A DNA stretch of 64,000 nt from Alphaproteobacteria bacterium (GCA_965237415.1 CBDEFM010000002.1:1408001-1472000), one strand, 5' to 3'; positions 50,974-62,351 are shown, counted from the first letter of the stretch. Notes: a model not told the origin generated them from the sequence alone. Program-made: numbers and translations.

Positions 50974-51948
50974 ATGGTGGATATTCGCTGGGATGCCCAT
51001 AGCTGCGTGCCGCTCAAGGCGGACTACGATCTCGCCTCCCTGAAGCGGCACCGGGACGCGGGCTTCGACTTCGTCTCGATCAATGTCGGCATGGACATGA
51101 CGCCGATTGCGGACGTCGTCTCCATGATCGCGTCCTTTCGCGAGCAGATCGCACGCTGCCCAGAATTCCTCCCGGCTCGCTCCATCGAGGATGTGCGCGC
51201 GGCGGCGAAGCAGAACAAGCTCGCAGTCGGCTTCGACCTGGAGGGCGCAAAGCCGCTCCTGGCCAACCCGTCGACGGTTGCCCTCTACGCCGAGCTGGGC
51301 GTTCGGCAAGTGCTGCTCGCCTACAACCGCGCCAACGAGGCTGCCGGCGGGTGCTACGAGGCGGGCGCCCCCTTGACGGAACTCGGTGCCGAGTTCGTGC
51401 GCGCCTGCGAGGAGGCGGGCATCGTGGTCGATTGCTCGCACATGAACGAAGAGACGGTGATGCGAATCATGGAGATCGCGCAGAAGCCCGTGGTCTTCAG
51501 CCACTCCAACGCGCGCGTCCTGAACGGCAATTTGCGCAACATCACCGACGACATGATCGACGCCTGCGCCGGGCTCGGCGGCGTCATCGGCGTCAACGGT
51601 GTGAGCGTGTTCATGCCGGGCGGGGAGGCCGAGGCCGACGCGATGATCCGGGTCATCGACTATCTGGCCGAGCGCGTCGGCACCCGCCATGTCGGGATCG
51701 GGCTCGACTACGTCTACGACCTGGAGCTCGAGGAGCTGCCGGAAGGAACCGACCCCGCCTACTGGTTTCCGCCGGAGCACGGATACGACGAAGACTCATT
51801 CAAGAGCCTCGGTTTTGTCTCGCCGGAAGCAGCCGGCGGCCTGAGCACGCGGCTGGCGGAGCGCGGTTACGGCGACGACGACATTGCGGCCATCATGGGG
51901 GGGAACTTTCTCCGCGTGGCCGAGCAGTGCTGGTTCCGGCGATCGTGA
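50974..51948 (+). CDS. Membrane dipeptidase (peptidase M19) family protein
   Basis: WDAH, FDLEG, VDCSH, FSHSN, RNITDD, HVGIGLD, MGGNFLRV. Confidence 0.88.
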   Translation: MVDIRWDAHSCVPLKADYDLASLKRHRDAGFDFVSINVGMDMTPIADVVSMIASFREQIARCPEFLPARSIEDVRAAAKQNKLAVGFDLEGAKPLLANPSTVALYAELGVRQVLLAYNRANEAAGGCYEAGAPLTELGAEFVRACEEAGIVVDCSHMNEETVMRIMEIAQKPVVFSHSNARVLNGNLRNITDDMIDACAGLGGVIGVNGVSVFMPGGEAEADAMIRVIDYLAERVGTRHVGIGLDYVYDLELEELPEGTDPAYWFPPEHGYDEDSFKSLGFVSPEAAGGLSTRLAERGYGDDDIAAIMGGNFLRVAEQCWFRRS

Positions 51949-52014
51949 CCGGCAGCGGCCCTTGAGGCCCTGATCGAGCCGCAGGGGCGGCGCAGCGGAC
52001 GGGCCGCGCTGGGC

Positions 52015-52659
52015 CTATGCCGCTGCGGAGTCCGGGCTCCGGCACGCCTCCATTGCGGCCAGCACTTCATCGAGCGAGCGGCGTGCGCCGGTCTGCAGGT
52101 ACTCCATGGCTCTGAGCGCAGCCTCGTGTGCCTCCTCGCTCGAGCCTCCGACGCAGTCCTCGATCACCCGGCAGAAATAGTCGGACTGGTGAGCGTCGAC
52201 GAAGGTGTAGTGCACGCACACGTCGGTCAGTCCGCCGCAGAGCAACAACGTGTCGACCTTCAATCCGCGCAGCAGAATCTCGAGGTCCGTGCCGAAAAAG
52301 GCCGAGTACCGTCGCTTCTTGATGAGGTAGTCGTCCGGGCGAAAGCCCGTCTGCTCGACGGCAATCGCGGTGTTCGGGTCGTCTTCGAGACAGTGGACGT
52401 CCTCGTCACCGTCAAGCTCGCGGCCGAAATCGACAAGGTCCGGACGGTGGACCTCCTGAATGAAAATCACCGGGATGTCCTGTTCGCGCGCCTTGTCGAT
52501 CAGACGACGCGCTTTGAGCATCCGTTCCTTGTAGCCCGGCATGTTGGGGATCGCCCTGTGCCGGATGGTTTCGTCGAAGGTCAGTGCCTGGATGTCGACA
52601 ACGATGAGGGCGGGGCGGCCCTCGATGACGCGGCGCGTGCGGGCGGAGAGGTTTTCCAT
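52015..52659 (-). CDS. Cysteine hydrolase (isochorismatase family)
   Basis: ALIVVDIQ, KRRYSAFFGTDL, TDVCV (Asp-Lys-Cys triad); ATG 52659 after GAGGAGG. Confidence 0.9.
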   Translation of the reverse strand: MENLSARTRRVIEGRPALIVVDIQALTFDETIRHRAIPNMPGYKERMLKARRLIDKAREQDIPVIFIQEVHRPDLVDFGRELDGDEDVHCLEDDPNTAIAVEQTGFRPDDYLIKKRRYSAFFGTDLEILLRGLKVDTLLLCGGLTDVCVHYTFVDAHQSDYFCRVIEDCVGGSSEEAHEAALRAMEYLQTGARRSLDEVLAAMEACRSPDSAAA

Positions 52660-53080
52660 GCGCGTTCCTCCTCGAAATGACTTGTCGCGGTCGGCCATCG
52701 AAACCGGCGGTCCCGCACAGGGGGCACGTCCAGTTCTCCTCGATCCGAACCATAACGGTGGACCGACCCAATGGGGAAGGACCGACGGGTTGCCCCTGAA
52801 TCCGCTGCGATGTGGTAGAAGGCTGCCATAACGCAACTGTCCTCGTTTCCCACCGTCGTACGGGCCTCGAAACGCCGACACGCGCGCGCTTGGATGCGCT
52901 CAGATGCGAGTGCTGTCGTATGCGTGGTGAAGTTTCAACGTACCGCGACCGGGATCGGTCCGAGACTGCCTCTTTCAGTCGTTGGCGTCACCACAAGCCT
53001 TTGATCGAATGAGGATCAAGGAGCCGAACGAGCCTCGCAACCATCCTATTCGCCGATTTCACGAGGAGCACCGCGCGGCC

Positions 53081-54907
53081 ATGGACTTGCGCAACATCGC
53101 CATCATCGCCCATGTCGATCACGGCAAGACGACCCTGGTCGACGGTCTGCTGCGTCAGAGCGGCACGGTGCGGGCGAACCAGCCGATGCAGGAGCGCGCC
53201 TTGGATAGCGGCGAGCTCGAACGCGAGCGCGGCATCACGATCCTGGCCAAGTGCACCGCGATCGACTGGCACGGCGTGCGCATCAACATCGTCGACACCC
53301 CCGGCCACGCGGATTTCGGCGGCGAGGTCGAACGGGTGCTCGGGATGGTCGACGGGGTGCTCGTCCTCGTGGACGCGGCCGAGGGCCCGATGCCTCAGAC
53401 CAAATTCGTCGTGGACAAGGCGCTCAGGCTCGGCCTGCGACCCATCGTTGCGATCAACAAGATGGATCGCGCGGATGCCAGGCCCAAGATCGTGCACGAG
53501 GCGGTCTTCGATCTGTTCGACGCTTTGGGAGCGACCGACGAGCAGCTCGACTTTCCGCTGGTGTACACCTCTGCGCGTGACGGCTGGGCCTCGCACGACC
53601 CGGCCGCCGCCGGGACCGACATGACCCCGCTCTTCGAGACTGTTATCGCGCACGTCCCGGCGCCTGCGACGGATCGGGATGCCTCGTTCCGCATGTTGAT
53701 CAGCCTGCTTGAGGCCGACCCCTTTCTCGGCCGGCTTGTGAGCGGCCGCGTGCTCTCCGGCCGGGTTGAGGCGAACCAGACCGTGACGGTGCTCGGCCCG
53801 GACGGCGCGGTGGTCGAGGTGACCCGCCTCACCAAGCTTCTACGCGCACGCGGGCTGGAGCGAATCCCGGTCGAGCGTGCCGGGGCCGGTGAGATCGTGA
53901 CGCTCGCCGGCCTCAAGACCGCCTCTGTGGCGGACACCGTCGCGGTCTCCCAGAGTTGCGCCCCGATCCCGGCCGAGCCGATCGACCCGCCGACGATCGC
54001 GATGGTGTTCTCGATCAACAGCTCACCGCTCGCGGGACGCGAGGGAACGCAGCTCACCTCGCGCATGATCGGGGCGCGCCTCGCACGCGAAGCCGAGGGC
54101 AATGTCGCGATCCAGGTGAGCGACATGGCGGAGGAAGGCGCCTTCGAGATCGCCGGCCGCGGCGAACTTCAACTCGCAGTGCTGATCGAGACGATGCGCC
54201 GCGAGGGCTTCGAGCTCTCGATCGGCCGCCCGCGGGTGCTGATGCGCGAAGACCCGGCGGGTGGCACACCGCTGGAGCCCATCGAGGAAATCCAGATCGA
54301 TGTGGACGAAGCCTTCGTGGGCGATGTGGTGACTGCGCTCGCCGAGCGGCGCGGGGAGCTGATCGAGCTGCGGCCCTCAGGGCGGGACAAAGTCCGCGCG
54401 CTGTTTCACGGCCCGTCGCGCGGCCTGATCGGTTTCAACGGCGAGCTGCTCACGGTGACCCGGGGCACGGCGATCATGCATCGGCTATTTCACGGCTATG
54501 CGCCGTTCAAAGGCCCGCTGCCGGGGCGGCGGACCGGCGTGCTGATCTCGAGTACCGCGGGCAGAGCGGTCGCCTACGCGCTCTGGAACCTGGAGCAGCG
54601 GGGGACGCTGTTCGTCGAGCCGGGGGTACCCGTCTATGGCGGCATGATCATCGGCGAGCACACGCGGCCGCAAGACCTCGACGTCAACCCACTGAAGAAC
54701 AAGCAGCTGACCAATATCCGGGCCGCCGGCAAGGACGATGCCGTGCGCCTGAGCCCGCCGCGGCCGATGCCGCTCGAAATTGCGCTGGCCTATCTCGCGG
54801 ACGACGAACTGCTCGAAGTGACGCCGGCGTCGATCCGCCTTCGCAAGCGGCTCCTCGACCCGCATGCCCGCCGGCGCGCCGCACGCGAGAACGCGCGGGC
54901 GCGCTGA
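53081..54907 (+). CDS. typA: Translational GTPase TypA/BipA
   Basis: [52 protein letters not shown]. Confidence 0.96.
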   Translation: MDLRNIAIIAHVDHGKTTLVDGLLRQSGTVRANQPMQERALDSGELERERGITILAKCTAIDWHGVRINIVDTPGHADFGGEVERVLGMVDGVLVLVDAAEGPMPQTKFVVDKALRLGLRPIVAINKMDRADARPKIVHEAVFDLFDALGATDEQLDFPLVYTSARDGWASHDPAAAGTDMTPLFETVIAHVPAPATDRDASFRMLISLLEADPFLGRLVSGRVLSGRVEANQTVTVLGPDGAVVEVTRLTKLLRARGLERIPVERAGAGEIVTLAGLKTASVADTVAVSQSCAPIPAEPIDPPTIAMVFSINSSPLAGREGTQLTSRMIGARLAREAEGNVAIQVSDMAEEGAFEIAGRGELQLAVLIETMRREGFELSIGRPRVLMREDPAGGTPLEPIEEIQIDVDEAFVGDVVTALAERRGELIELRPSGRDKVRALFHGPSRGLIGFNGELLTVTRGTAIMHRLFHGYAPFKGPLPGRRTGVLISSTAGRAVAYALWNLEQRGTLFVEPGVPVYGGMIIGEHTRPQDLDVNPLKNKQLTNIRAAGKDDAVRLSPPRPMPLEIALAYLADDELLEVTPASIRLRKRLLDPHARRRAARENARAR

Positions 54908-55079
54908 TTGCCCGCCGGCGCGGCCGATACCGTTTCGCGCCACTCACACGCGCCGCCCCCGACATTGCCCCGGCGGGCAACCCGAACTAGCGTCTGCGCG
55001 CAGACCGGGGCTAGCGCGGAGAATGTCTCCTTAGCCTTGGGCGTAAGTGGATCGTTGGACAGAGGACGGAGCGGGGTCG

Positions 55080-56081
55080 ATGGAGCAGCTACGTGTGGGA
55101 GTGATCGGGGTTGGCTGGTTCGGGACGGTGCATTGCCGGGCCATCGCCGACCATCCGCAGCTTGAGCTCGCCGCGCTTTGCGATGCGTCGGAAGAGCGCC
55201 TCGCGGAGATGGCGCGCGAGCACGGTGTCGCCCGCACCTGCACGGACTATCGCGAGCTCGTGGACGACCCGGAAATCGATGCGCTCGCCGTCGTGACACC
55301 CTGGGACCACCACGCCGCCCCGACGCTGGCCGGGCTCGCGGCCGGCAAGCATGTCCTCGTCGAGAAGCCGATGGCATCGACGGTGGAGGATTGTCAGCGC
55401 ATGTGCGACGCCGCGCGCGATGCCGAAGCCATCCTGATGGTGGGCCATATCTGCCGCTTCAACCCGCGCTACGCTTCGGCCAAGCGCGAGATCGATGCGG
55501 GCCGGATCGGCAAGGTGGTCGCGATCAACGCCCGGCGAAACGTGCCGGCGCAGTGGGTCATCGATCAGCTCGAGACGATCGGCCCCATCCTGCACACCTG
55601 CTCCCACGACACCGACATGATGCTCTGGCTGACCGGCGCCAAGGTCGTGAGCACCTACGCGCAGACCGTCAACATACTCGGTCTCACGCATGACGACATG
55701 GCCCAGCTGATGTATCGCTTCGACAGCGGCGCAACCGCGATCTACGAGGGCGCCTGGTGCATGCCGGACACCTCGCCCTTCGAACTCGACGAGCGCATGT
55801 CGGTGATCGGCACCGAGGGTTTCATCCACATCCAGGACACCTTCCCCAATATCGGCGTCTGCTCGAAGGAGGGCTTCAAGAGCCCGGACACGACCTATTG
55901 GCCCGAGCTGCACGGCATCACCGGCGGCGCGCTGCGCGACGAATGGTCCTACTTCGCGCGCTGCATCCTCGAAGGCACACGGCCTGCGCTGATCACGCCG
56001 GAGGAGGCGATGGAGGCCGTGCGGACCGTGCTCGCCGCGCATGAATCCGCGACCAGCGGCGCGGTGGTGATGGTCCAGTGA
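55080..56081 (+). CDS. Gfo/Idh/MocA family oxidoreductase
   Basis: VGVIGVGWFG, GKHVLVEKPM, GH..RFNP, HDTD. Confidence 0.9.
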   Translation: MEQLRVGVIGVGWFGTVHCRAIADHPQLELAALCDASEERLAEMAREHGVARTCTDYRELVDDPEIDALAVVTPWDHHAAPTLAGLAAGKHVLVEKPMASTVEDCQRMCDAARDAEAILMVGHICRFNPRYASAKREIDAGRIGKVVAINARRNVPAQWVIDQLETIGPILHTCSHDTDMMLWLTGAKVVSTYAQTVNILGLTHDDMAQLMYRFDSGATAIYEGAWCMPDTSPFELDERMSVIGTEGFIHIQDTFPNIGVCSKEGFKSPDTTYWPELHGITGGALRDEWSYFARCILEGTRPALITPEEAMEAVRTVLAAHESATSGAVVMVQ

Positions 56082-56121
56082 CGCGCGCCGCGCGGACCAT
56101 GATCCTGGTAAGAAATGCGGG

Positions 56122-58146
56122 CTAGAGACGCACGTCGTGCAGCGGCCGGCTCCAGTTCCGGGCGCGTTGCTCGACGCTAGCGATGTCCTCTTCCAGCATC
56201 AGGCCGTCGGCGACCAGGCGTTTTGCCGCCTCGACGATAGCGGCGACGTAGGCGTCTGCGTCGCCATAGCGCTGCCCGATCGATGGCCGCGGGTCGCCGG
56301 TGGCGGCCCGTGTCGATTCCGTTTCAGGCAAGGGGATCGTGCTGCCCGTGAACTCGTGCATGGCGCCCTCGCCCTGGCCTCTGCCGCGCAGGTTCCAGCC
56401 GGTGTAGGTGGCAAGCGGCGCCTCGACCATCGGCACCCGTACCCCGGCGATGTCGTTGCCGTCCGCGTCGACCGCCGGCACCAGCACGGCGTAGCCGTCG
56501 GGATCGACGAGGTCGGGCGGCAGCGTGCTCTGAATGCCGCCCCCCGCCTCCGGCCCGAAGTCGAAGAGCGGCAGCGCGTTGGGCCCGCGCGGGGTGGCGA
56601 CACCGGGGATGTCGGGGAACTGTGTGCGCCATTCGTCCATGCCGACGAGGCTGCCGTCGTCCCGCCTGGGGATACGGCTTGCCGGCGGCGCAACATCGTC
56701 GCTCGCCCACCGGTCCATCGCGTCGAGCAGCGCGCGGAACAGCATCGAGGTCTGAACGACGTTGCTCAAATTCTGGCAGACGCCCCAAACCGGCGCGCCC
56801 TGGTTCGGATCGGCCACATGCGGTGCGCTCGACCAGAAGTAGACCCGCACATTGTCCGGCTGTTCCAGATCGTTGCCCCTGGTGTCGGTATGCACGAGCG
56901 AGCCGCGCCGCTGCCAATATTCCGTCGCACTTTGGCTGTGGAATATGAGCGGGTCGGTCTCGGGCCGCGTGCAGATTGCGTCAGACCTGCCGGTCAAGTG
57001 ATCCGTGCACTCGGCATAGGAGAACGGGAATCTGTCGGCGGCGTTGTCGTGGTCTTCGTATTGCTGACCCGCCGGCACGACGACATTGGCGAAGCGGTGA
57101 TTCATCCACATGCGCCCGCAGCCGGCGACGTGCGCCAGCACGCCGTCGAACACCTTGCGCCCGGTCGCATCGGCGTTGAAGCCGCGATATATCGCATCGC
57201 GGATGCAGCGCCCCGTCTGCGAGCGGCCGAAGGCATAGGCCTTCTCCATCGGCCCGCCGTCGGCCACCGGATTGGCGCGACCCTCGCTGTCGAATTCCTC
57301 GTACCTCAGGAAACTCACGAGGTCGCGCACCGCCACGTAGCCCAAGCCCAGAACGAGCGGATCGCGGCCTTCGTAGACGAGCTCATAGATCCAACCGGGC
57401 TCGAACCCGCCCGGCATATATATGTGGGTGTCGGACTCGATAATCGCCTGCTCGGTGCCTTGGAAATCGAGGCCCATGCCGGTTTCGACGCGCGCGAACC
57501 GCCACGCGTCCGGCGCAATCTCGACGCGTTCGTCGTCCGGGTAGCGGCGCCGTGTCAGCCGGGCCTTCGAAGGATCGCGTGAGACCGTGGGGTGGCTGCG
57601 GGTGGAGACCCAGCCGCTCAGCGGCAGCGTAGTCTGACCTTCGTGAGCGACGATAAACTCGGACCGCACCAGGCCGGTGAGCGGTGCGGCACCGTCGGTT
57701 GCGACGGGCAGGGTCATTACCATGCGGCCATCGCCCGGCAGGAGGTCTCCCTGCCAGGCGCCCCACACCACCGTATAGCCGCGGCGAAACAGATATCCGT
57801 TGCCGGCGTGCTCGCGTGTCGCCGGATCGTTGCAGGCCGGCGCATCGCTAAAATACTGCACCGCCCGCTTGTTGCCGCGGTTGCCGTAGTCGAAGAAGAG
57901 CCGCCTGTTGCCGCGGGCCGGATCGACCGGTTTCAGGATGCAGAGATCGGCGGCGAACTCGACCAGGCCATCGCGATTGCGCGGCGCCTTGTCCACGTCG
58001 ACGATGCCAGCCTGCGCAGGCGCGTCGGGATCGACGGCGAACCGGGCGAGCCCGATCAGCCGCTCGTAAGCGCCGACTTCGGCGAATGCGTGACCGCCGG
58101 CAAAGGCCGTCCGTTCGTGGATGTCGATCGCGATTCTGTTGCTCAC
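56122..58146 (-). CDS. Large alpha/beta-hydrolase-domain protein of unknown function
   Basis: NRGNK, GYTVVW..WQGD, nucleophile elbow FGRSQTGR, EYWQR..SL.HTD, VDADGN..AG, TYTGWN. Confidence 0.75.
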   Translation of the reverse strand: MSNRIAIDIHERTAFAGGHAFAEVGAYERLIGLARFAVDPDAPAQAGIVDVDKAPRNRDGLVEFAADLCILKPVDPARGNRRLFFDYGNRGNKRAVQYFSDAPACNDPATREHAGNGYLFRRGYTVVWGAWQGDLLPGDGRMVMTLPVATDGAAPLTGLVRSEFIVAHEGQTTLPLSGWVSTRSHPTVSRDPSKARLTRRRYPDDERVEIAPDAWRFARVETGMGLDFQGTEQAIIESDTHIYMPGGFEPGWIYELVYEGRDPLVLGLGYVAVRDLVSFLRYEEFDSEGRANPVADGGPMEKAYAFGRSQTGRCIRDAIYRGFNADATGRKVFDGVLAHVAGCGRMWMNHRFANVVVPAGQQYEDHDNAADRFPFSYAECTDHLTGRSDAICTRPETDPLIFHSQSATEYWQRRGSLVHTDTRGNDLEQPDNVRVYFWSSAPHVADPNQGAPVWGVCQNLSNVVQTSMLFRALLDAMDRWASDDVAPPASRIPRRDDGSLVGMDEWRTQFPDIPGVATPRGPNALPLFDFGPEAGGGIQSTLPPDLVDPDGYAVLVPAVDADGNDIAGVRVPMVEAPLATYTGWNLRGRGQGEGAMHEFTGSTIPLPETESTRAATGDPRPSIGQRYGDADAYVAAIVEAAKRLVADGLMLEEDIASVEQRARNWSRPLHDVRL

Positions 58147-58230
58147 CCCATGCTCCTAGCCGTCGCCTCCTCCTAGATCGGCGGTGTGCGCCCAGCCCAC
58201 GGACGGAAGGCTTCCAGCGCGGCACCGCGC

Positions 58231-59037
58231 TCAGCGTCTGGCGTCGCGCCAGGCGATGGCGGCGCGCAGGCCTTGCGTCCGCGCAATCTCGAGGAACTCG
58301 CGCTTGGTCGCCGTGCCCTCGGCCTCGATCAGGAGGTCCTGTTCGAGCGCCATGTCGAGCGCCGCGTCGAAGCCCATCATGCGGTACATACGGTTGATCG
58401 TGGCTTTGGTGCGCTTGAGAAGCGCCGGCTCGGTGGCGGCCATGCGGCGGGCGAGCGCGAGCGCGGTCTCCACCTCGTCGCCGGCGGGCACGACGCGGTT
58501 GACGAGGCCGATCTCGTAGGCACGTTGGGCTCCAATCTCGTCCTCGCCGGAGAGCAGAATTTCCTTCGCGTGCTTGGGCCCGGTGAGCCAGGGCATCAGC
58601 ATCACGACGATGCCGGCGCCGAAGCGCAGTTCGGGCTCGCCGAAGCGGGCATCCTCGGCCGCCACGGTCACGTCGCAGGCGAGCGCGAGCTCGCAGCCGC
58701 CGGCGAGGGCCGGGCCCCGCACCGCAGCGACGGTCGGTTTCGAGAGATGCCAGAAGCGCATCACGGTGTCGAAGTCGTCCCGCAGCACCTCACGCCAGGC
58801 GGCGACGCCTACAGGCGGGGCTGCGGCCTGCTCCTTGAGGTCGAAGCCCGAGGAGAAGGTGCCGCCCGCGCCGGTCACGACGAGCGCCCGGATCGTCTCG
58901 TCAGCCTCGACCGCATCGCACGTCGCATTGAGCTCGGCCAGCATGGTCCGGTCAATTGCATTGGCTCGTTCCGGCCGGTTGAGCGTGAGGAGCCCGACCG
59001 CCTCCCGCCGTTCGAACGTGATGCATCGATGATCCAT
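58231..59037 (-). CDS. Enoyl-CoA hydratase/isomerase (crotonase) family protein
   Basis: LNRPERANA, FSSGFDL, ALAGGCELALACD, FGEPE, GLVNRVVP; start ATG 59037. Confidence 0.9.
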   Translation of the reverse strand: MDHRCITFERREAVGLLTLNRPERANAIDRTMLAELNATCDAVEADETIRALVVTGAGGTFSSGFDLKEQAAAPPVGVAAWREVLRDDFDTVMRFWHLSKPTVAAVRGPALAGGCELALACDVTVAAEDARFGEPELRFGAGIVVMLMPWLTGPKHAKEILLSGEDEIGAQRAYEIGLVNRVVPAGDEVETALALARRMAATEPALLKRTKATINRMYRMMGFDAALDMALEQDLLIEAEGTATKREFLEIARTQGLRAAIAWRDARR

Positions 59038-59149
59038 CGCGGGTCTCCCGCCGGCTCCCGACGCCGTCAGAATAACGCCGACGGCGTGTGGACGAGATAC
59101 AAGGTGGGGCGACAGCCGGGTCCGGCGTGGGCTCCGTTGGCGCCGACCC

Positions 59150-60553
59150 TCAAAGCGCCGGCCGGCGGTCGGCCCAGGGGCGCGCCTGCTCGAAGGCACG
59201 CGCGGCCTGCAGCACCGTCAGGTCGGCGAAGCGCTTGCCCACGATTTGCAGCCCGACGGGGAGCCCTGCATCGGTGAAGCCGCAGGGCACCGAGGCGGCA
59301 GGATTGTGGCTGAAGTTGAAGGGATAGGAGAACTCGGCCCACATGATCCAGTCCCACGGATGCGACGGCCAGTGCTCGGGCTGCAGCCGCTCGGCCGGGA
59401 ACGCCGGTACGGAGACGGCCGGAGTGAGCAGCAGGTCCCACTCCTCGAAGAAGCGATGCACCGCCTCCACATAGGCGAGCTTGCGCGCCCGCGTCTCCAG
59501 ATAGGTCGCGCCCGTCACCCCATCCGCCGCGCGGATGCAGGCGACGAGGCCGGGGTCCATGCGGTCCCCGAACTCGGCGAGCAAGGGGCGGTAGGCGTGG
59601 AGGTGGATGGGCCATAGCAGGCGGATGATCTCCGGCCCCTCGGGGCCGAAGGGCAGCGCCGGGCTCTCCACCGTGCAGCCGAGGGACTGAAACGCCTCGG
59701 CGGCGCTCTGCACCAGCACCGCGACGTCCGAGTCGACGCGCGCGTGCCCGAGGTCGGGGCTGAAGGCAACCTTGAGGCCCGCGATCCCGTCGTCGAGCCT
59801 GGCCGGGTAGTCGGCGGGCCCGGCCTCCAGGCTGGTGTGATCCCACGGGTGCGGGCCCGCCATCGCCTGCAGCATCAGCGCGGCATCGCCCACGGTGCGG
59901 GTCATCGGCCCGACATGGGAGATCTGGTCGTTGTTCGGCACCGGCCAATTGGGCACCCGCCCGTAGGTCGGCTTGAGGCCGAAGATGCCGCTGAAGTGCG
60001 ACGGCATGCGGATCGACCCCGCGCCGTCCGAGCCCTGGTGCAGCGGCCCGTAGCCCGCCGCGGCGGCCGCTCCGGCGCCGGCGGAGGAGGCGCCCGTATT
60101 GTAGCCCTGCTTCCATGGATTGGAGGTGATGCCGGTGAGCGGGCTGTGGCTCACGCCCGACCAGCCGAACTCCGAGGTGGTGGTCTTGCCGAGGATGATG
60201 GCGCCGGCGTCTTCCAGCCGCGGAATCACCGGCGCGTCCACCGTCGGCACATGGCCCTTCAGCGAATGGGTGCCCCGCTCGGTGGGGATCCCGGCGGTCT
60301 CGGTCAGATCCTTGATGGTGACGGGCAGGCCGCAGAGCGAACCCGTGGCGTCGCCCTGCATCAGCTTGGCTTCTGCGCTGCGGGCGGCATCGCGGGCGCG
60401 CTCGGCGGTGAGCGTGGCGAAGGCGTTGATGCGGGGCTCGCAAGCCTCGATGCGGGCCAGCACGGCGTCGATCAGCTCGACCGGCGAGAGCTCCTTGCGC
60501 CGGATCAGCGGCGCAAGCTCGGTGGCGGGCGTGAAGCAGAGATCATCGGTCAC
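59150..60553 (-). CDS. Amidase signature family protein
   Basis: VTIKD, GKTTTSEFG, GASSAG, GSDGAGSIR, GLKPT.GR, GLPVGLQ. Confidence 0.92.
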   Translation of the reverse strand: MTDDLCFTPATELAPLIRRKELSPVELIDAVLARIEACEPRINAFATLTAERARDAARSAEAKLMQGDATGSLCGLPVTIKDLTETAGIPTERGTHSLKGHVPTVDAPVIPRLEDAGAIILGKTTTSEFGWSGVSHSPLTGITSNPWKQGYNTGASSAGAGAAAAAGYGPLHQGSDGAGSIRMPSHFSGIFGLKPTYGRVPNWPVPNNDQISHVGPMTRTVGDAALMLQAMAGPHPWDHTSLEAGPADYPARLDDGIAGLKVAFSPDLGHARVDSDVAVLVQSAAEAFQSLGCTVESPALPFGPEGPEIIRLLWPIHLHAYRPLLAEFGDRMDPGLVACIRAADGVTGATYLETRARKLAYVEAVHRFFEEWDLLLTPAVSVPAFPAERLQPEHWPSHPWDWIMWAEFSYPFNFSHNPAASVPCGFTDAGLPVGLQIVGKRFADLTVLQAARAFEQARPWADRRPAL

Positions 60554-60614
60554 CGGCGACTCCTCGGCGGTCGTGGACGGGGGCCCGGATCATGGCGGGC
60601 GCGGGCGGTAAGGG

Positions 60615-61064
60615 CTAGAGAAGGTCGCGCAGCACGGGGATCAGCGGCGCATCGGCCGGCGGCATCGGGAAATCGCGGAGCCGCGCCGGCCGCACCCAGC
60701 GGAGCTCCTGCCCCTCCTTGGGCACGACAGTGCCGCTCCACACCCGGCAGACGTAGAGCGGCATGAGGAGGTGAAAGTCATCGTAGCCGTGGGAGGCGAA
60801 GGCCAAAGGCGCGAGGCAGCTCTGCTCCGTGTCGATTCCGAGCTCCTCGCGGAGCTCGCGGATCAGCGCCTGCTCTGGCGTCTCGCCGGCAGCGAGCTTG
60901 CCGCCGGGGAATTCCCAAAGTCCTTCCATCGCCTTGCCCGGCGGCCTGCGCGCCAGCAGCACGCGGCCGTCGGCATCCACCAGCGCGACGGCAACCACGA
61001 GAACGATCGGCGTCGCCCCCGCAGGGGCGCCTTCGGGAGCCCCCTCAGGAGCGGTAGTCGGCAT
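60615..61064 (-). CDS. mutT: 8-oxo-dGTP diphosphatase MutT (Nudix)
   Basis: WEFPGGK...ETPEQALIRELREELG Nudix box, FHLLMPLY; follows argJ. Confidence 0.9.
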   Translation of the reverse strand: MPTTAPEGAPEGAPAGATPIVLVVAVALVDADGRVLLARRPPGKAMEGLWEFPGGKLAAGETPEQALIRELREELGIDTEQSCLAPLAFASHGYDDFHLLMPLYVCRVWSGTVVPKEGQELRWVRPARLRDFPMPPADAPLIPVLRDLL

Positions 61065-62280
61065 TGATGTCGATGTAGCCGTGGGTCAGATCACAGGTCC
61101 AGACGGTCGCAGCGCCTGGGCCTGAGCCGATCTCGACGGCGATCTCGACCTCCTGCCCCTTCATGTGGCGGGCCGTCGCCGGCTCGTCGAAGGCCGGGTC
61201 CGCCACGCCATTCGTCGCCGCGCGCTCGGCGCCGATCCAGATCGAGAGCTGAGCCTGATCGAACGCCACGCCGGCCCGGCCCACCACCGCAACGATCCGC
61301 CCCCAATTGGGGTCCTCGCCGGCGATCGCGGTCTTTACCAGCGGCGAGTTTGCGATCGCGAGGCCGAGCTTGCGGGCCGCCGCCTCCGAGGCCGCACCGC
61401 GCACCGCGATCGAGACGAGTTTGTGGGCGCCTTCCCCGTCCCGCACGATCTGCCGGGCGAGATCGGTCAACACCGCCTCGAGCGCGGTGCGAAAGGCGTG
61501 GAGCCGCGGGTCGCCGGTGCGCGCGATCCGCCGGTGCCGGGCGGCGCCCGTGGCGAAGAGGAGGCAGGTGTCGTTGGTCGACGTATCGCCGTCCACCGTG
61601 ATGGCGTTGAAGGAGCGGTTCACGCCGCGCCGGAGCAGAGGCCCCAACGCCGTCGCCGGCAGGTTCGCATCGGTGAATACGTAGGCGAGCATCGTGGCCA
61701 TGTTCGGCGCGATCATGCCTGAGCCCTTGGCGATGCCGTTGATGACGACCGGCACACCGTCGATCTCGGCCCCGGCCGAAGCGCCCTTGGGGAAGGTGTC
61801 CGTGGTCATGATCGCGGCGGCGGCATCGGGCCACGCACTATCCGAGAGGCCCGAGTGAAGCCCCGGCAGGGCCGCGGTCAGGCGCTCGACCGGGAGCTGC
61901 TCGCCGATCACGCCGGTCGAGCAGACGAAGACCTCGTCCGCGCGGCATCCGACGGCGGCCGCCGCCGCATCCGCCGTCCGGCGCACCGCGACGTGGCCCT
62001 GCTCCCCGGTCGCGGCGTTCGCATTCCCCGCATTGACCACCAGCGCGCGCGCGGTGCCATGAGCCTCATCGAGCAGCGCCCGGCACCACTCGACCGGCGG
62101 TGCCGCCGTGCGCGAGCGCGTGAGCGTGCCTGCCACCGCGGTCTCCGGCGCAAAAGACGCGAGCAGGAGGTCGGGGCGGCCCCGGTAACGCAGGCGCGCC
62201 TCGGCAGCGGCAAGGCGAACGCCGAGGACCGGTGGCAGGTCGGGGAAGCGCGCGGGCGCGAGGGGGGATATCGCGGTCAT
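61045..62280 (-). CDS. argJ: Bifunctional ornithine acetyltransferase/N-acetylglutamate synthase
   Basis: [58 protein letters not shown]; start ATG 62280. Confidence 0.96.
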   Translation of the reverse strand: MTAISPLAPARFPDLPPVLGVRLAAAEARLRYRGRPDLLLASFAPETAVAGTLTRSRTAAPPVEWCRALLDEAHGTARALVVNAGNANAATGEQGHVAVRRTADAAAAAVGCRADEVFVCSTGVIGEQLPVERLTAALPGLHSGLSDSAWPDAAAAIMTTDTFPKGASAGAEIDGVPVVINGIAKGSGMIAPNMATMLAYVFTDANLPATALGPLLRRGVNRSFNAITVDGDTSTNDTCLLFATGAARHRRIARTGDPRLHAFRTALEAVLTDLARQIVRDGEGAHKLVSIAVRGAASEAAARKLGLAIANSPLVKTAIAGEDPNWGRIVAVVGRAGVAFDQAQLSIWIGAERAATNGVADPAFDEPATARHMKGQEVEIAVEIGSGPGAATVWTCDLTHGYIDINADYRS

Positions 62281-62351
62281 CGACCTCTCCAGATGGCGAG
62301 CCGCGCCAACCATACCCGCGGACCGGGGGGAAACGAATTCCGAAGGTCGCG

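Noticed and set aside
54992-55005. Perfect palindrome GTCTGCGCGCAGAC (and GGCAGCGGCCGCTGCC near 15319) as REP elements or terminators
   Set aside because: Single-copy, GC-rich and without U-tracts; not distinguishable from background.
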